Origin: the human T2T-CHM13v2.0 reference genome, Homo sapiens
Assembly: GCF_009914755.1 (NCBI RefSeq)
Contig: NC_060939.1
DNA: 64,000 nucleotides
Direction: 5' to 3' (one strand)
Part shown: piece after piece, positions 59,901 to 64,000 of the stretch
How the letters are laid out: each line of letters opens with the position of its first letter
How positions within the stretch are numbered: position 1 is the stretch's first letter
Translations under genes and position numbers: made by a program
The notes under the pieces: generated by a model
The model's input: only the letters and a program-made list of their open reading frames with translations
Database searches by the model: none
Told to the model about the DNA's origin: nothing

Positions 59901-62900
59901 TATATAATAAATTATACATTATATGTAACATAGTATATATTATATGTAACATGTATATTCTATGTATAATATATAATATATAACATATTACATATAATTA
60001 ATAACATAGACATATAATATATATTTAATATATGTACTATATATACAACGTATTATACATATACTATATAATATATATTATATATATGGCATAAAATATA
60101 ATATATATTATATGTCATATTTTATATATACAATTATATATTATTATATGTTATTTTATATTATCTATAACATAGATATAATATATATACCTATAATGTA
60201 TATTACATATAACGTAGATATTATATATAATATATATAATGTATATTATATATAACGTAGATATTATATATAATATATATAATGTATATTATATATTTAA
60301 TACGTATATTAACCATATAATATATTCTATATATGATATATAATATATATTATATATGTCATAAAACATAATATATATTATATGTCATTGTATAAATATA
60401 ATACTTATATATTATCAATTATTATATTACATTTAATATATATAATATAAGATGCAGGATGTGAGACAATATTATATATATGTTATTTATATTATATATA
60501 TGATACTATATATTATTGTATACATAATGTGTATATATATTTGTGGGTGCCCTATTTCCCATCTCATAACTTGTTTTAAGAAGCGCAGCATAATAATGTG
60601 TGGGCTTGGGATTCAGTTTTTGAAACAAAACACTGAGCCTTCAATGACCTTTCGGTCTATGTAGAAGCGCTCCTGTCTTCGTGGCAGCAGTTGGACCTCA
60701 CAATGTGGATTGTGCCGTCACCCTGCAATGTTTATGCCCTATCGCCATGGTGACGGGATTAGGGATCTCCTGCTCTTGGTCCTAAAGGCCACTGTCTGTG
60801 CTGTGTTTTTCAAAGGTCAGCACAGAGTGAACCTTTGTGGTTTTATTTTCCCTGAGTTTGATTTTTCTCATGGGGAACCTGTGGTGCTGCTTTGAAGGTA
60901 TATTCATACTGGCCTTTCAAATGCCAACTCTTCAAATTACTAGTTAATGCTTTCAAAGTATGTTATTTCAAAAATTATCCTCCGTATTTTCCATATGCAG
61001 TTATAAATATGTTTCATGGTTATGTTTCATTCCTCAGTTTATATATTTGATTATTGTACCAAGCAGAGTACCTTTGAAATTTTTTTCATCTAAAAAATAT
61101 GTAAATTAGCTCAGGCCTGTAATCCCAGCAAATTTGGAGGCCAAGGCAAGGGGATCACAAGGTAAAGAGATCAAGACCATCCTGGCCAATACAGTGAAAC
61201 GCTGTCACTACTAAAAATCCAAAAAATTAGCTAGGCATTGTGGCAGCTGGTGTAGTCCCAGTGTGGTGTAGTCCAAGCTACCTGGGAGGCTGAGGGAGGG
61301 CAATCGCTTGAACCCGTGAGGCAGATGTTGCAGTGAGCAAATTTGGTGCCATTGTACTCCACCCTGTGCAACAGGACAACACTCTGTCTAAAAAAAAATT
61401 ATATATGATATATGTTATATGTTATGTAATATGCTTTATATGTAATATATAACCTCATATATATTATATGTCATAATATATAATAGTTATCCTGTGTCAT
61501 ATTATATATATTATATATTTCATAACATATATAATATATAATACATATTATACATCTTATATATGAAAATATGTAATTAGAGATAAAATAACATATAGTT
61601 ATATATAATATGATATATAACATATATACTATATCATATATGATATATAATATATAATTTTTTATTGCATATTATAATATATATATGTTATAATTTATAT
61701 AATGATATAATTATATATATAATATAAATAATTATACATGCTTATATAATTATATATAATATAAATAATAATATATATAATTACATATTCATATCGTTAT
61801 ATATAATAATACATTTCATATGTAATTATATATATCATATAATAGACAACACACCTAATATATAATATATAATATATATTATACAATACAGGATACAAAA
61901 GATGTATGATATATAAGATATCATAATATAATATATATTTTAACATTATGTATGTAACATGTAATATGTGATATATAAAATAAATTATGTAATATAAAAT
62001 AATATAATATAATATATACTATATTAAGGTATATTATGTAAAGTATGTAATAAAATTATAAGTAACATAATATATAGTTATATATATTACCTTATGTATT
62101 TACATAGAGTATTATACAGTTATATATAATTTTAAATTGTTATATATAATTTAATATAAAACAAATATAATATATATCATAACATATATATTGTATACCA
62201 TATATATATTATGTATCATATATTGTATGTTATATATTATATATTCTATATCATATATCATATATTATATGTTATATATATCACATTCCACATTTTGTAT
62301 ATTATAAATTATATGCAATATATGACATGTATTATATTATATATAATAAATTATACATTATATGTAACATAGTATATATTATATGTAACATGTATATTCT
62401 ATGTAAAATATATAATATATAACATATTACATATAATTAATAACATAGACATATAATATATATTTAACATATGTACTATATATACAACGTATTATACATA
62501 TACTATATAATATATATTATATATATGGCATAAAATATAATATATATTATATGTCATATTTTATATATACAATTATATATTATTATATGTTATTTTATAT
62601 TATCTATAACATAGATATAATATATATACCTATAATGTATATTACATATAACGTAGATATTATATATAATATATATAATGTATATTATATATAACGTAGA
62701 TATTATATATAATATATATAATGTATATTATATATTTAATACGTATACTAACCATATAATATATTCTATATATGATATATAATATATATTATATATGTCA
62801 TAAAATATAATATATATTATATGTCATTGTATAAATATAATACTTATATATTATCAATTATTATATTACATTTAATATATATAATATAAGATGCAGGATG

Positions 62901-63545
62901 TGAAACAATATTATATATATGTTATTTATATTATATATATGATACTATATATTATTGTATACATAATGTGTATATATATTTGTGGGTGCCCTATTTCCCA
63001 TCTCATAACTTGTTTTAAGAAGCGCAGCATAATAATGTGTGGGCTTGGGATTCAGTTTTTGAAACAAAACACTGAGCCTTCAATGACCTTTCGGTCTATG
63101 TAGAAGCGCTCCTGTCTTCGTGGCAGCAGTTGGACCTCACAATGTGGATTGTGCCGTCACCCTGCAATGTTTATGCCCTATCGCCATGGTGACGGGATTA
63201 GGGATCTCCTGCTCTTGGTCCTAAAGGCCACTGTCTGTGCTGTGTTTTTCAAAGGTCAGCACAGAGTGAACCTTTGTGGTTTTATTTTCCCTGAGTTTGA
63301 TTTTTCTCATGGGGAACCTGTGGTGCTGCTTTGAAGGTATATTCATACTGGCCTTTCAAATGCCAACTCTTCAAATTACTAGTTAATGCTTTCAAAGTAT
63401 GTTATTTCAAAAATTATCCTCCGTATTTTCCATATGCAGTTATAAATATGTTTCATGGTTATGTTTCATTCCTCAGTTTATATATTTGATTATTGTACCA
63501 AGCAGAGTACCTTTGAAATTTTTTTCATCTAAAAAATATGTAAAT

Positions 63546-63837
63546 TAGCTCAGGCCTGTAATCCCAGCAAATTTGGAGGCCAAGGCAAGGGGATCACAAG
63601 GTAAAGAGATCAAGACCATCCTGGCCAATACAGTGAAACGCTGTCACTACTAAAAATCCAAAAAATTAGCTAGGCATTGTGGCAGCTGGTGTAGTCCCAG
63701 TGTGGTGTAGTCCAAGCTACCTGGGAGGCTGAGGGAGGGCAATCGCTTGAACCCGTGAGGCAGATGTTGCAGTGAGCAAATTTGGTGCCATTGTACTCCA
63801 CCCTGTGCAACAGGACAACACTCTGTCTAAAAAAAAA
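63546..63837 (+). mobile_element. Last Alu copy, in the partial unit U27
   Basis: Same sequence as 102-393; the array runs to the window end without a junction. Confidence 0.95.
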
Positions 63838-64000
63838 TTATATATGATATATGTTATATGTTATGTAATATGCTTTATATGTAATATATAACCTCATATA
63901 TATTATATGTCATAATATATAATAGTTATCCTGTGTCATATTATATATATTATATATTTCATAACATATATAATATATAATACATATTATACATCTTATA

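Larger units (their letters stand above)
1..64000 (+). repeat. DYZ2: DYZ2 / HSat1B composite satellite array (~2.44-kb Alu + AT-rich + HSATI units, 26 complete copies plus a partial one), probably human Yq12
   Basis: The MQDV.. ORF marker recurs every 2433, 2439, 2440 or 2477 bp from 1886 to 62891. Each unit is a diverged Alu, an AT-rich tract and a more GC-balanced segment, which is the established DYZ2 architecture. HaeIII (GGCC) sites in U1 at 109, 134, 179, 2221 and 2345 predict a 2042-bp fragment, consistent with the classic ~2.1-kb male HaeIII band. Family assignment is from recognition, not a database search. Confidence 0.93.

Noticed and set aside
1-64000. CRISPR array or other prokaryotic repeat system
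   Set aside because: There are no unique spacers or protein genes. The repeat is 2.44 kb and contains a primate Alu.
1-64000. DYZ1/HSat3 junction, inversion or young insertion within the array
   Set aside because: There are no (CCATT)n/(GGAAT)n tracts, every unit marker is on the + strand, and all spacings are 2433-2477 bp, leaving no room for an insertion.

Overview
The whole window is one uninterrupted head-to-tail satellite array of ~2.44-kb composite units: 26 complete units plus 555 bp, all in the same orientation. Each unit has a 5'-truncated, CpG-decayed Alu (~290 bp), a ~1.6-kb extremely AT-rich segment and a ~560-bp HSATI-like segment. This matches human DYZ2/HSat1B, most likely Yq12 heterochromatin; related HSat1B arrays on acrocentric short arms cannot be excluded without alignment. 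Taking position 1 as the unit start, units U1-U27 begin at 1, 2441, 4880, 7313, 9746, 12186, 14626, 17066, 19499, 21976, 24415, 26848, 29281, 31714, 34154, 36593, 39026, 41466, 43906, 46346, 48779, 51256, 53695, 56135, 58574, 61007 and 63446. I see no credible genes; all listed ORFs are chance frames repeated with the unit. I found no evidence for a new gene system. The informative signal is in the unit variants: an ~18-kb block repeated at a 29,280-bp (12-unit) offset, a chimeric unit marking a one-unit deletion, an older 4-unit periodicity, apparent gene-conversion patches, and three different indel sets that each give a 2,433-bp unit. All variant comparisons were made by eye and need confirming by alignment.
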